Source of the DNA: Phyllosticta citribraziliensis
Taxonomy: Eukaryota
Assembly: GCF_038025025.1 (NCBI RefSeq)
Contig: NW_027117344.1
Span: 1,736,001 to 1,800,000, forward strand
DNA: 64,000 bases
Direction of reading: 5' to 3'
Shown one piece after another: positions 25,435-36,129 of the stretch. The notes under the pieces are model-generated. The model did not search any database and had not been told where the DNA came from. It saw nothing but the letters and a program-made list of their open reading frames with translations. The position numbers and the translations under genes are program-made. Every line of letters starts with the position of its first letter. Positions within the stretch are counted from its first letter, which is position 1.

Positions 25435-27382
25435 TTACTCGTCATCGCCTTCGTCATCACCCAGTCCCTCACGCTCCTCAAACTTCATGAACCCATCTCT
25501 TTCAGCATCCGCGTCATCTCCCAGAATCTTCTCCCAGACAGTCCTCACACGCTCCACGGAGCCATCGTCAGATTTCAAGTCCACCGCGCCAGTCTGCGGG
25601 AAAGCCAGGACATTTGCGTATTCAGTTGCCGCGATGTCGACGTTCGCTCCACCCAAAAGAGGATTGGATTGACCACGCTGTTCAAACTTCATTGTCCAGA
25701 GGCACGACGGCATTGGGTCTTCCCCAGAGGTGCGGAGGAGTGTTTGTACGGCGGCGTCGAGGAGCTGAGAGCCGAGGGGACCGGAGGCGGAAGTAAAGCT
25801 ATGGAGAACGGCTAACAGTACGCGTCAGTTGACCTGTCATTGCAAAGAGGAAATGTCAAGTATGAGAATGGGGTTGCCAATATCAGGTTGTCAGAGATTT
25901 TCTCTTCAAGGTTGTTGCAGACAATGTAGATAAGTATTCGTAGGGTGTTCATCATGTTGGCTGGAGGGTTTGTGCGTTGTCTCGACGAAGAAGAAAGGAG
26001 GACTTACTTTGACCAACTGGACACTCGCCAGTGTCACTCGAGTGAACGAGGACATATACTGGCGAGTGCTCAGACTTGCCCTCCACCACCAGACTGCCAG
26101 ACGGGAAAAACACTACAGCGCCTGCAGGTGCTGGTGCTCCCTCTGCTAGGGCTGGGAAGAGCGACTGCAAGCTCGAAGAGACGACCGAAATGCTGCGAGA
26201 GCAAGACGCATCGCTCGCGACCTGCTTGACCTCGCAAGGCAAGTCTTCCTTGGATCCTACAACCCATGTCGAGGTGACTTCCTCGCCATCCTTCAGGCGT
26301 GCCGAAAGTCTCGGGTTCTGCGAGTCTTGGGTGCTGGGATCTTCAGAGGACTCGACCTTTGCGGTGTCGAGAGAGGTAATGCCTTGTCCCAGGACATATA
26401 TACCTCCTCCAACTGCTTGTGCGCGGCATGCAACTTGCGAAATTTCTGCCAGGCCGCCCCACTTCGGAACAACACAGGCAAATCCCGGGCCGAAGAAGCC
26501 GATCGACCGCAGATGATGCGCTATCCTTGGCACTGCGAGCTCGGTCGTGATAATTTGGGGTTTGTCGAGCGAAAGCGTCAAGGCCAGCAACGGCGCGTGT
26601 AGATTCTGCGGTACTTTGAAGTGCTCGGCCAAAAGCTCAGAGAAGCATCTCGGCTTGAAGGTCTCCCAAACTTCACTGTTTTCGTAGTCCGCGACGAAGC
26701 GGAGAAACTTCATCAGAGTCCTTTTCGCCTTCATGTCGATGCTCTCGTCCGCAAAGATGTCTTCGCGGCCATTGGGCACTTTCTTGAGTTGACCAACAGG
26801 CTTTGACCCCTCGGTTTCCTCGTTTGACTGAGTTTCCGCGTTGGAGGACACCCACCAGCTCCCTACAGCCAGAAACTCCAACTGCTTGTAGACCTTGGAC
26901 GAAACCAGGATTGGGAGTATTGCCGAACGAGTGTAGATGAGCTGCGGGGCGAGTGGAAGACTGTAGGCCCGGGAGAATCCGAGCTTCGGCTGGTCGCCAG
27001 CATCCGAGAGTTGTGGATGGACTATGGTCGCATCGTGAAATTCTGAGGAATTTGCCTTGTCTACGAGCGCGTTAGTGTTGGGCAATCAGACAAGCAGGCA
27101 GGGCGAGAAGCTCGTGCCTTGATTCAACTGCAGCACCCAGGACTCGGCTTCTTGTAGGCTGAAAGCCGCCGAAGGTCCGCCATAGTATTCATTCTTGTCG
27201 ACGTGTAGCACTTTCTTGTCGGAACGGGATAGAGCTCTTCAAGTACAGCTGCGTCAGTCAGAATTTGCGTGACCAGCGGGAGGAGCGACGGCGCAGGTGG
27301 ACGCTTACAGAGCCAGAAGGGACTGCTCGATGCCGGTGCCGGCAATTAGGACGTCCCACTTGGTTTCGCTGAGACTTTCCAT
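25435..27382 (-). CDS. MRS6: Rab geranylgeranyltransferase component A (Rab escort protein, GDI/REP family), multi-exon
   Basis: MESLSETKWDVLIAGTGIEQSLLAL / ALSRSDKKVLHVDKNEYYGG...SRAYSLPLAPQLIY...LEFLAVGSWW...KVPNGREDIF...PKWGGLAEISQVACRAQAVGGGIYVLG...HSSDTGECP; acidic C-terminus. Confidence 0.9.
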
Positions 27383-27928
27383 TCTGTGTCGGCTGTTGAT
27401 AGGGTTTGAGGCGGAAGGGGACGAAAGACAGGTCTCAACGAAGGCAGAGGAATGACTGAGGTGGTGGACGCGGCGCGCGACGGGCGCCAAGCAAGGAGCT
27501 CAGCTTAGTAAGCGAGTGACGTTCCCGCGAGCTAAAAAAGCGACGGGCCGCAACGGTTTCTTCCCTTCTTCTCCAACCGCGCTTTTCGTTCGTAGCGCCC
27601 TCTCCATGGGCTCTACGACACCTTTGACGACATCTTCAGTGATGTCCTCTCCGCGCGGGAGAGTTAAGAATTGTCCTGTATCTGCTGCTCTGGATTTCAC
27701 CTGAAAGAAGCGGTTCGTTTGTGACGCGACATGCCTACACAGGCGCTGCTGGCCTTTGTTCCCCGGCTCCAAGGCTCCCTGAGACCACACGTTGCCCGCA
27801 CCACATACTGCTTGTTTCACTCGAACGTGGTCATGTTGCAAATCTCCAAGCGATCCATTGTCGCTACGTACGCGTGTACATCGTTACTGTCTATAGACGG
27901 TTTCACTAAGTTCATGATCATCCTCCGC

Positions 27929-28694
27929 TTACAACTTGGCAAGGACGGCGTCGGCACCCGAGACCTATCGTCAATCAGTTTCCAGTACTCTCGAGTATTC
28001 GTTTCTTGACTCACCGTGACCTGGCCAGGGTTGGACTCGTTCTCAAAGTACGAGACGGTGCCATCCTTCTCGACGACCATGGCCCAGCGGCCGTTGCGGT
28101 CGCCCATGCCAGCTTGGTAGCCGTAGTTCTTGGAGAAGAAGGTCTTGGTGTCGGAGAGGAAGTACTGCCCGTTGTCAGTGACGTTATTCCAAAAGAGTCG
28201 GGGCTAACGTACAATGGGCTTGCCCGCGGCCTTGTTGACCTTGCCCCACGCGTTCATAACCCAGGCGTCGTTGGAAGCAATGACGACAACAAGGTCGACA
28301 CCCTTGCCCTTGAGCTGGTCCAGCTTCTCAATGTAAGGAGGAAGGTGGTAGGCCTGGCAGCCAGGAGTGAAGGCACCTGGAGTCGTTCGAATCAGCTCCG
28401 TTCAAGGCTCGTGACGGCTCGAGAGTGAGCATACCGGGAACCGAGACAATGACGACCTTCTTGCCAGCGAATTCCTTGTCGGCGTCGAACTCGGCGGGCC
28501 TGCCGCAGACGGTAGGGTCGTCCTCGGTGATGGGGGCGTGCCTGTACGCCAATGTCAGTCAATGGCGGCATAGGAAGCTCAACCACAGACAAATCGGAGC
28601 TGGGTCGAGCAAGAGGAAGCTTTGGGAGGTGGATGGGAGCTTACTCAAACTTGACGCCGCTAGGGAACTTGTCGCCAGCCTTGATGGGAGCCAT
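27929..28694 (-). CDS. Prx5-type peroxiredoxin (Ahp1/Pmp20/Asp f3 family) with C-terminal PTS1 (AKL), multi-exon
   Basis: MAPIKAGDKFPSGVKF...PTVCGRP...GKKVVIVSVPGAFTPGCQAYHLPPYI...NDAWVMNAWGK...GDRNGRWAMVVEKDGTVSY...VSGADAVLAKL*. Peroxidatic PxxFTPxC motif; last intron 28014-27965. Confidence 0.95.
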
Positions 28695-30191
28695 TGTGAT
28701 GGTTGGGGAGGTGTGAGGTGGGAAATGAGGTTGGATTGAGTGGTGATGGATATCAGGAGAGAAGAAGAATGTAGAAGTAGTGAGGCGGTTGGCAGAGATG
28801 GAGAGTTTTTAGCACCGTGATCAAGGAGGGGCAGCTCGAGGCCGGCTGGATTCCAAATCACCGCAATTGGGCTGCCCCGCGAATGACGTTCACGAGTAGT
28901 GCCCGAGGTCGCTGCGTGCGTGGCCTCTTCCGCTGGTTCGCTTTCGGCTCTGTCCAAGCCCTGGGTGTCCATTGTCTACAAGCCGCGAGAGCCGCTTTGT
29001 TGGGCATTGAAGCTCGAGAAGCTTTGATTCCCCAGCGAATCTGCACGGAGGAGTGCATTTCGTTCGTCGAATGTTCCACTGCTGCTGGAGATGCAGCTGT
29101 CACCACTGCGGGGCCTCGCATGACCTCATCCGACCTCCCCTCTCCGACCCACCTGGACTGCCCTCATCCGCCTACATCGCAACGAACAATAGCCATCACC
29201 CTACATCCAAACAACCATCTGCGCAACTCAATCTACCCAGCCGACCGCAACATCCAATATCGACAGACGTACGACTGTGGCCCTCACCCGACTTCCATCG
29301 GCCCATTTCGAACCGTGGCATCGAGGTCCGCCGTTACTGAATCAACTGACTTTTAAACTCTGAATCGACAACAATTTTTCAAAAATGACAGAAAGAAGTC
29401 GTCCACATGTCACTCACAGGGTCCAACAGCTGCATCCGCGAGGCTCCGGGCCTCTCCGTTTGCTTACTTCGGACTGACCCCAAATCTTTGTAGGTTCTTG
29501 GCTCACAGGCCCCCGCAAAGGGGGTTGGAAGATACTGAACTCAGAGAGCATTTGTTCTCTCCTGTAGATGAGGCTAGGAGCGGTCACCTCCTACCACAGC
29601 CACACCTATGGAGCAGCTGTTTACCACTATGGTGGCGCTTTAGGCGCAGTCGTCTGCTACTACAGTTATGCCTAACAACTGCCATTCACGACCACAGATA
29701 GGCCCAGGGGGTATCATTGCTCTCGACACCCACTGTGCTCCTATAATCCTCCAGGGGAGCGGAGGATGATCGGATTTACCAACCACCAATCTACGCTTGG
29801 CTTACTTTTTAAAGCCGCCTACTACTCATAGAGGGCTTGGCAAGTCAATGGGCGAATCATGGCTTTTTCCTCGATATCATACGGACATTGTAGTTACCGA
29901 AAGCTTACACTCGAAGGTTCATTCCGCCTTGATTCTGTTCGAACATGTCCCGTTAGTTTCACACTCGATATGTCTTGGTTCCCGTCATGTCTCGTACTGG
30001 TCGTACCCTATTGCTGCAATACGATGTAGGTGCACGGGGGCTGGGTCTCGGAAAACAAACGATAGGACCCACTTTTTGAATATTGCGGCTCTGGGCATTT
30101 GTTCTCCTTGAAGTCAGCCTTGGACCAAATCTTTCCATGGTTTAATACCATCGTTGAGCCTGTCGCTGCGCAATAGTGGCCTTGGCGGGCC

Positions 30192-31214
30192 ATGTCTCCT
30201 TTTGCGTTTCGCGCGAAGCCTACGTTTTTTGCTCTGATACTTTCATGCTTAACCTTTTTCTTTCTGCTTGCACCTTTTGGCAGTGCAGTCGTCGATCCCG
30301 AATATGGTCAATTGGAAGAGATAGCGACAACCTCTCGTTTCGCCATAGCGACGTTTCTCAGCGGTAACCCAGACGAAGATCAAGACGACCCGGAGAACTC
30401 GAACTTCTACTACGCAGCAACGCGGGTCTTGACGTACCAGTTGCTCCATGCAGATTCTACTCGGATCCGCAATCCTCTCATCGACTTTCTGGTTCTCACG
30501 ACCAAAGAGGTTCCCGAGTCTCAGCGTGCCCGCTTGGAGGCAGATGGCGCCACAGTTGTTCCCGTCGATGACATTCCGCTTTCCTGGTGGATCAAGACCG
30601 GCGTGACGCGCTGGCGCGACCAATTCACAAAGCTGCGTCTACTTGAGATGACGCAGTATGCTCGCGTCTGCTTCCTCGACGCCGACACGCTCCTGACAGG
30701 ACCCCTGGATACCGTCTTCCACGAGCCAGGCGTCTTCAATGCCTCGACCACCAACTTCAACCTCACCGCAGCCCTCAAGTCTGACGAGGCGCCTCCGCCT
30801 GCGTCCTACGTCTTTGCTGCGCGCTCGGACAATGACTTTGTCGGGCAGCGCCAACATCCCGTCCCGCCACCCTCCACAGACACCTTCTCCGCCGGCTTCT
30901 GGGTCGCAGCGCCATCTGGGCCGCTCTTCGAGCTTCTGTTGTCCGTCATGCAGCATTACCATCGCTTCGACCCGCACACCATGGAACAGAGCCTACTCAA
31001 CTACGTGTTCCGCCGCGATGGCGCCATGCCCTGGACCGAGCTGGACTGGCGTTGGAGCGCGACGTGGCCGAGTGAGGCCGATTTGGCGGCGGGAGTAAAG
31101 AGCCTGCATGAGAAGCTGGGCATGAAAGGACCGCCAGAGATCTTGAGAGCGCTGTGGTTCAAGGCCAGGTCAGAGATGCATGAATTCTATAAGGAGCGGG
31201 GGTTGGAGAAATAA
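30192..31214 (+). CDS. Glycosyltransferase family 8 protein with N-terminal signal/anchor
   Basis: Single 340-aa ORF: RVLTYQLLH, FTKLRLLEMTQYARVCFLDADTLL (DxD motif), FSAGFWVAAP, MEQSLLNYVF, LHEK. Confidence 0.88.
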   Translation: MSPFAFRAKPTFFALILSCLTFFFLLAPFGSAVVDPEYGQLEEIATTSRFAIATFLSGNPDEDQDDPENSNFYYAATRVLTYQLLHADSTRIRNPLIDFLVLTTKEVPESQRARLEADGATVVPVDDIPLSWWIKTGVTRWRDQFTKLRLLEMTQYARVCFLDADTLLTGPLDTVFHEPGVFNASTTNFNLTAALKSDEAPPPASYVFAARSDNDFVGQRQHPVPPPSTDTFSAGFWVAAPSGPLFELLLSVMQHYHRFDPHTMEQSLLNYVFRRDGAMPWTELDWRWSATWPSEADLAAGVKSLHEKLGMKGPPEILRALWFKARSEMHEFYKERGLEK

Positions 31215-31775
31215 GCAGCCAGTGATCGGCTGCTGTAATGGACTTTATGACCGTACATTCCGTTTATTCTTTGAACATACAGGCTGTACAGAAATTTGCT
31301 CCAGAGATAGCTGCTCGCAGAACAAGTGTATTAGACGTTCCCAGTGAAACAAGTGAATGCACATCCGTCACGATAGACAAAACAAAACAGACCAATGCCA
31401 GTCAGCCCCCATCAAGACCACAATCCAAGAGAGAAGCAATGTGGGGCAAACGACCAAAAAGTCCAGGCCCCTCGTTCCCCACAGTCGGCCTGACCGACGC
31501 GCGCACAAGCGAACCACAGCGTTCGTTCACGGCATTACATCACAAGGCAGTAACACGCAGCTTCCAAAAGCGATCTGGCGCCGGCTGACTACCTACATGT
31601 AGCCTGTGCACTGAACAGTCATCTTTGCATCTCCCACGGCCGTCATCTCGACTGTCATATCAAACACCAACAAAGCGTCCATTGCCACAACCCTTTGCGT
31701 CCATCTGCTTGGCCTCGCCATTTCTCGATGCGTTGGCAAGAGTCCCTTGTATTGTTCGCACTGTTGGTCGTCACC

Positions 31776-32391
31776 ATGTCGCTGGCTCCGCCGTTCACGC
31801 AGGAGACGGCACAGGCCAAGGTCAAGAAGGCGCAGGACCTGTGGAATACGCGGTACGGCGATACTGTTTCCTACGTTTCATTGCCTGACAACTCCAATGT
31901 CTCTTTATTCTTGCCTTCCATTTCTCGTCCCTCCGCCGCCATGCAAACAACGACACATCGACATCCCTGCCTGATCCCACTGTGTCCATTGACTCCATCT
32001 CACACATCCCAGCGACCCCTCAGCTGTCGTGCAAGCCTACACGCCCGATTCCGTCTGGCGCAACCGGTCGTCCTTTGTGCGCGGCCACGACGCCATCCAC
32101 GCCTTCTTATCTGCAAAGTGGGCTCGCGAGCACAACTACCGCCTGCGCAAGGAGCTCTTCGCCTTCACCGGAAACAAGATTGCCGTGCAGTTCTGGTACG
32201 AGTATCAGGACAAGGACGACGGGATGAAGTGGAAGCGGTGCTACGGGCTGGAGGATTGGACGTTCGCGGCGGACGGGCGCATGGAAAAGCGCCAGATGAG
32301 TGGGAATGATGTCGAGATTGCGGAGGGCGAGAGGTGGTTCAAGGAGGGCGTTGACGTTAATAGTGTTAGCATTGGCGAGGAGCATTGGTGA
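31776..32391 (+). CDS. DUF1348 (NTF2/SnoaL-like) family protein; exons 31776-31852, 32013-32391
   Basis: [44 protein letters not shown]...KWAREHNYRLRKELFAFTGNKIAVQFWYEY...WKRCYGLEDWTF...RQMSGND. Confidence 0.9.
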
Positions 32392-32550
32392 GGATGGACG
32401 TTGTTCCAAATGCGCAAATCGCTCGCATTCATTTGCTGCGTAGAATTAGGTTGTAGATGTAGTGACTCCGTAACGCCGTACATCCGTGCAAGGGGGTATC
32501 TTGGTGACCGCTCATAAACTGTCCGGCCCAACTGAACAGAGGCTGCCTGG

Positions 32551-33124
32551 CTACGCCGCTGGGGGTGTATCGTGGATGACGACAATCATGAAACGGGTGT
32601 CTGTGATCACAGTGTCTCGTCAGCCACCCATGCTCCTCCGGCTCCAAATGCTTTTGGGCCAGGTGTCCCCATCAATTAGGGTGACCTACCAGGCACAATA
32701 ACCAGCTCGTTCTTGCGCGTCCGTAACCGCAACAGCTTGACCTCGTCCTCCTCCTCTAGCTCGCGCACCAGTGTCCCGGCCGACAGAATGAATCCGTAAA
32801 CCATCCGGGCCACGTCCTCAGCGCTCTTGATTCCGCTTTCTTTGCGCCCTCCGCTGGTGTTGGCAATGCCTCCTCCTACGGGCGTGTTTTCTGTGGTTGA
32901 AGGCGGAAGCGTTGCGTTAGGATTGGCAGCCGCATTCGAGGATGCGAAGCCAGAAGTGTGTACAATTGCGCCAGTCTCACGCTCGAGGACAAGGGTCGAT
33001 TGCACGCCGGGTTTCTGGCTCAGCCGCGTGAGGAGGGACAGCGTCTCGGAGGGCTGGTGTTTGGAGCTTGGTTAGCTTTGAATATGATGACAATCGAGGT
33101 CATACTTGCCACTATTTGGGTCAT
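32551..33124 (-). CDS. Dynein light chain, roadblock/LC7 type; exons 33124-33110, 33053-32690, 32600-32551
   Basis: PSETLSLLTRLSQKPGVQSTLVLERETGAIV...DEVKLLRLRTRKNELVIVPDTRFMIVVIHDTPPAA*, matching the roadblock LRLRT+KxE pattern. First intron appears to be GC-AG. Confidence 0.85.
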
Positions 33125-33464
33125 TGCGGGATTTGGATTCACAAATCAGACGCGGGTCCGAAAGAAGGGAATGAAGCTTGACAATTTGTTTGTTGATTAA
33201 GTAGAGCTTCAAGCTCTGGAAGTACAACAGAAGGCGGTGAGCCGCGGTCGCGGACGCCATTCCTAATCGGGCCGTAGGGCTGAAGCGCGGGACAAAAAGT
33301 CCAGCAGTACGCGCGCGCCGAGCCTCGACAACGTCCTCCGCCAGGCACTTAAGGTGCAGATGTTGATCGGTCTCGCGCAGAATTGAGGCCTCTGATGCTG
33401 CCGGAGCAAACAAACGCTTACCGAATCAGACGAAGGAAGAGGCTTCTCGACAGCGGCTGAAAAC

Positions 33465-34749
33465 ATGGGTTCCAGCTCCAAGAAAAAGAAGGAAAAGCAA
33501 AAGGACTTTCAGAAGCCAAAGCTGAAGGTCGGCAAGGCGAAGCCGAAGGCTGATAACTTTACCGATACAAGCTTCAAGGCCAAATGTAAGTCATTCTCTC
33601 TTCTGCTGCCCGAAAAACCTTCAAACAGGCGTTCCAGCGCTTCTCCAAAAAGTCGCTTCATGGACGGGTGTGGAATTGGGATGACCCTGGAGACCATCCA
33701 ATTCCGGAGAAGTGACGAAGCGAAGATCACTCAAGTTCTTCTGGGAAGATGGTGGTTAGAGACTTCCGTGAAGCCTTTACTGATTTCGGACAGCAATCGT
33801 CGTAAAAAGCCAGTCGATCCACACGACTCCGCAAGGCGTTGTAGCAGAGTGCGCTCATTATCTGGGCCTGTTGTCGCACAAGACAGACACCCAAAGGCGC
33901 GAGGCTCTGGCCTATCTGACCGGCGCCATAAACACCGCTCGCGCTCAAAATGTACCCCTCCCGCAACCAGTTTCAGTAATCATCCCAAAGGCTGGGACGC
34001 TCATCTACGACAACGCCAAATCTGTGCGAGAACAGCTGCTCAAGCTGCTCCAAGTTCTCCCTCCAAACGATGTCAAGCCGTATGTTGAGGACCTTGTTCT
34101 CCGCACGCGCGCGGGCATGACGTCTCTATCCATGGACATTCGTCTTTCCAGCCTGGACGTCCTCGACTGGCTGCTCAAAAGCCACCCGGAAGACACCGTG
34201 TCTTGTGCTGGCGGTTGGGTCCATACTCTCAAATGTTTCAACTCGACTCTTGGCTTCAGAGAGCCCGTCTCTTCGTCTGCGCCGCAAAAGTGGTCAACTG
34301 CAGCCAGCACCGTCGGCGCCTCGCACTCGGATTCTGAAAAACTCAAAAAGCTGCGTGCCCATCAGCTCACTTCCCTAGCAACCTTCTTGAGGACTGGTAT
34401 TGTCGAGGACCCTGAAGAGAAGGAGCGCGCCAAGGAAGAGGCAGACCGGCTCAGACGACAGTGCTTCCCACTTCACCAAGCGTACCATCACATGCACACG
34501 CCCCAAAATGCTTTCGACCACCTCAATCTTTTTGGTGCGCCGCCGGATGAGGACAATCGCATGTATACGGATCGCCATGGCCGGCAGCGCGCCTTTGCCA
34601 AGCTGGCACGGCCGGCCCTTGAGAATGGGCTCAAGTCTGCGAAAAAGGAAGGGGGCATGGTAGGAAGGGCTGCTGCAGAAGTTGAGAAGGTCGTGCAGGA
34701 GGGCATGCACGACTTTGACGACGACGACGTCTCCGACTACGGCTTCTGA
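33465..34749 (+). CDS. IPI1: Pre-rRNA processing protein Ipi1 (Rix1 complex); one intron ~33586-33793
   Basis: MGSSSKKKKEKQKDFQKPKLKVGKAKPKADNFTDTSFKAK...RREALAYL...VREQLLKLL...RAGMTSLSMDIRLSSLDVLDWLL...AGGWVHTLKCF. Confidence 0.92.
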
Positions 34750-36055
34750 TGACACGCGGGATTCACAAAGGAGAAAAGGCTTCAAACGCTGCCGCGTCCG
34801 AACGAAGTCAGCACTTGCAAATTTGATCTGTCATCACAGCAGCAATTTCCATGATCAACTTTCAAACAGTGATTTCTCGGTTCAAGACCCTTCAATCGTT
34901 CGTTCAACAGGCCGACCTTGACTCTTCGCTTCGATCTTACAACTTCCAGCCAACCAACCGAGTCGTCTTCTTTACTACCATCCAACGCCCCGGCATCCCA
35001 AAAAAGCGGCAAAATGTCGGCCTTGTCAAGCCCCTGAAAAATCTGTTCACTCTTGCCTGGAACGCGTCTCCACTCTCCACCAACAGCGTCGGACAAACGC
35101 AAAGCCCAAAACGCACAGGACGACAGATGTTCTCCCCAATCGCTTCGCGACCCGCACTGTCTTTCCTACGACCAATCCACCCATCAAATGGTGGAGCAGT
35201 CGGTTGGCAGAGAGACAAAAGAGCCAAAAAAGGTAATCCTAACTGGATAGCTGACCTACTGGAGGTCAGTCACCGCTCTCGACGTCAACCAGATTCGAAC
35301 TGGCGCTCCCGAAGGAAATAGATTTCTAGTCTATCGCGATAACCACTCCGCCATGACGCCTAGTGTTGGTGTTTTGTTGCCAGAAGACCGTGATGACATT
35401 ACAGCAGCACGAGGAGACAGTCAGGGGACCTGGAGAAGCCAGGGGGCGTTTTGATCCTGCTGCTCCTCTACCGACAGCAATACGCACGCATGGTATGGTT
35501 TTGGCTTAGAAGAGTTCAGTTCTTGCATTTCTTCCGCCGTACGAAATTTCCTCTGTCGTCGTGGGCGAAGTGTACGAAACTCTGCTCTGTTGGCCTTCAC
35601 GGACGCGCTTTCGGTCCCTCATCGGACAAGCAAAGGGTTGGTAAATGACAGCTCAAGCTGGTACGACAATAGGAAGGAAGCCATGTGGCTATAGATGGTG
35701 AGCGGGGAGGCGGTGCCTTCTGGCATTGCTGTTTGCCAACAGAACCCGAACACTTTACACATGCAGCACCCACGACCAACAAAGCAAGCATTGCATATTC
35801 CGATGAGCAAAGTCTATCCAAGAGTTGTGACGAGGTGAGTTTCCTATATTCCTCGTCTAAATGTCTGTGCTTTTGGTCTTGCTCTTGTCTTCATGCATGT
35901 TTGACGCGGTCGCGACATTCTTTCCTCTCCAACTTCCCCATACACTAGTCGCTTCACTTGAAAGTCCCACGCATAGCCAGACGTCTTGTTCGACAAAAAG
36001 AAGAGCCCTTTGTCGCAATGTGTTGGGTTAAAGGAGTAAAAAAGCAAAAAGAAAC

Positions 36056-36129
36056 CGCCCAACGCGAGACTCGAACTCGCAACCCTCAGATTAAAAGTCT
36101 GATGCGCTAACCGATTGCGCCAGCCGGGC
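36056..36129 (-). tRNA. tRNA-Lys (anticodon TTT), intronless
   Basis: Reverse complement GCCCGGCTGGCGCAATCGGTTAGCGCATCAGACTTTTAATCTGAGGGTTGCGAGTTCGAGTCTCGCGTTGGGCG folds as a cloverleaf: anticodon stem TCAGA/TCTGA, loop CTTTTAA, GTTCGA T-loop. Followed by oligo-T runs (Pol III terminator). Confidence 0.97.

Noticed and set aside
29340..29670. Telomerase RNA, RNase P or RNase MRP identity for the structured region
   Set aside because: No telomeric template and no P4-forming conserved regions were found; kept only as a generic ncRNA candidate.
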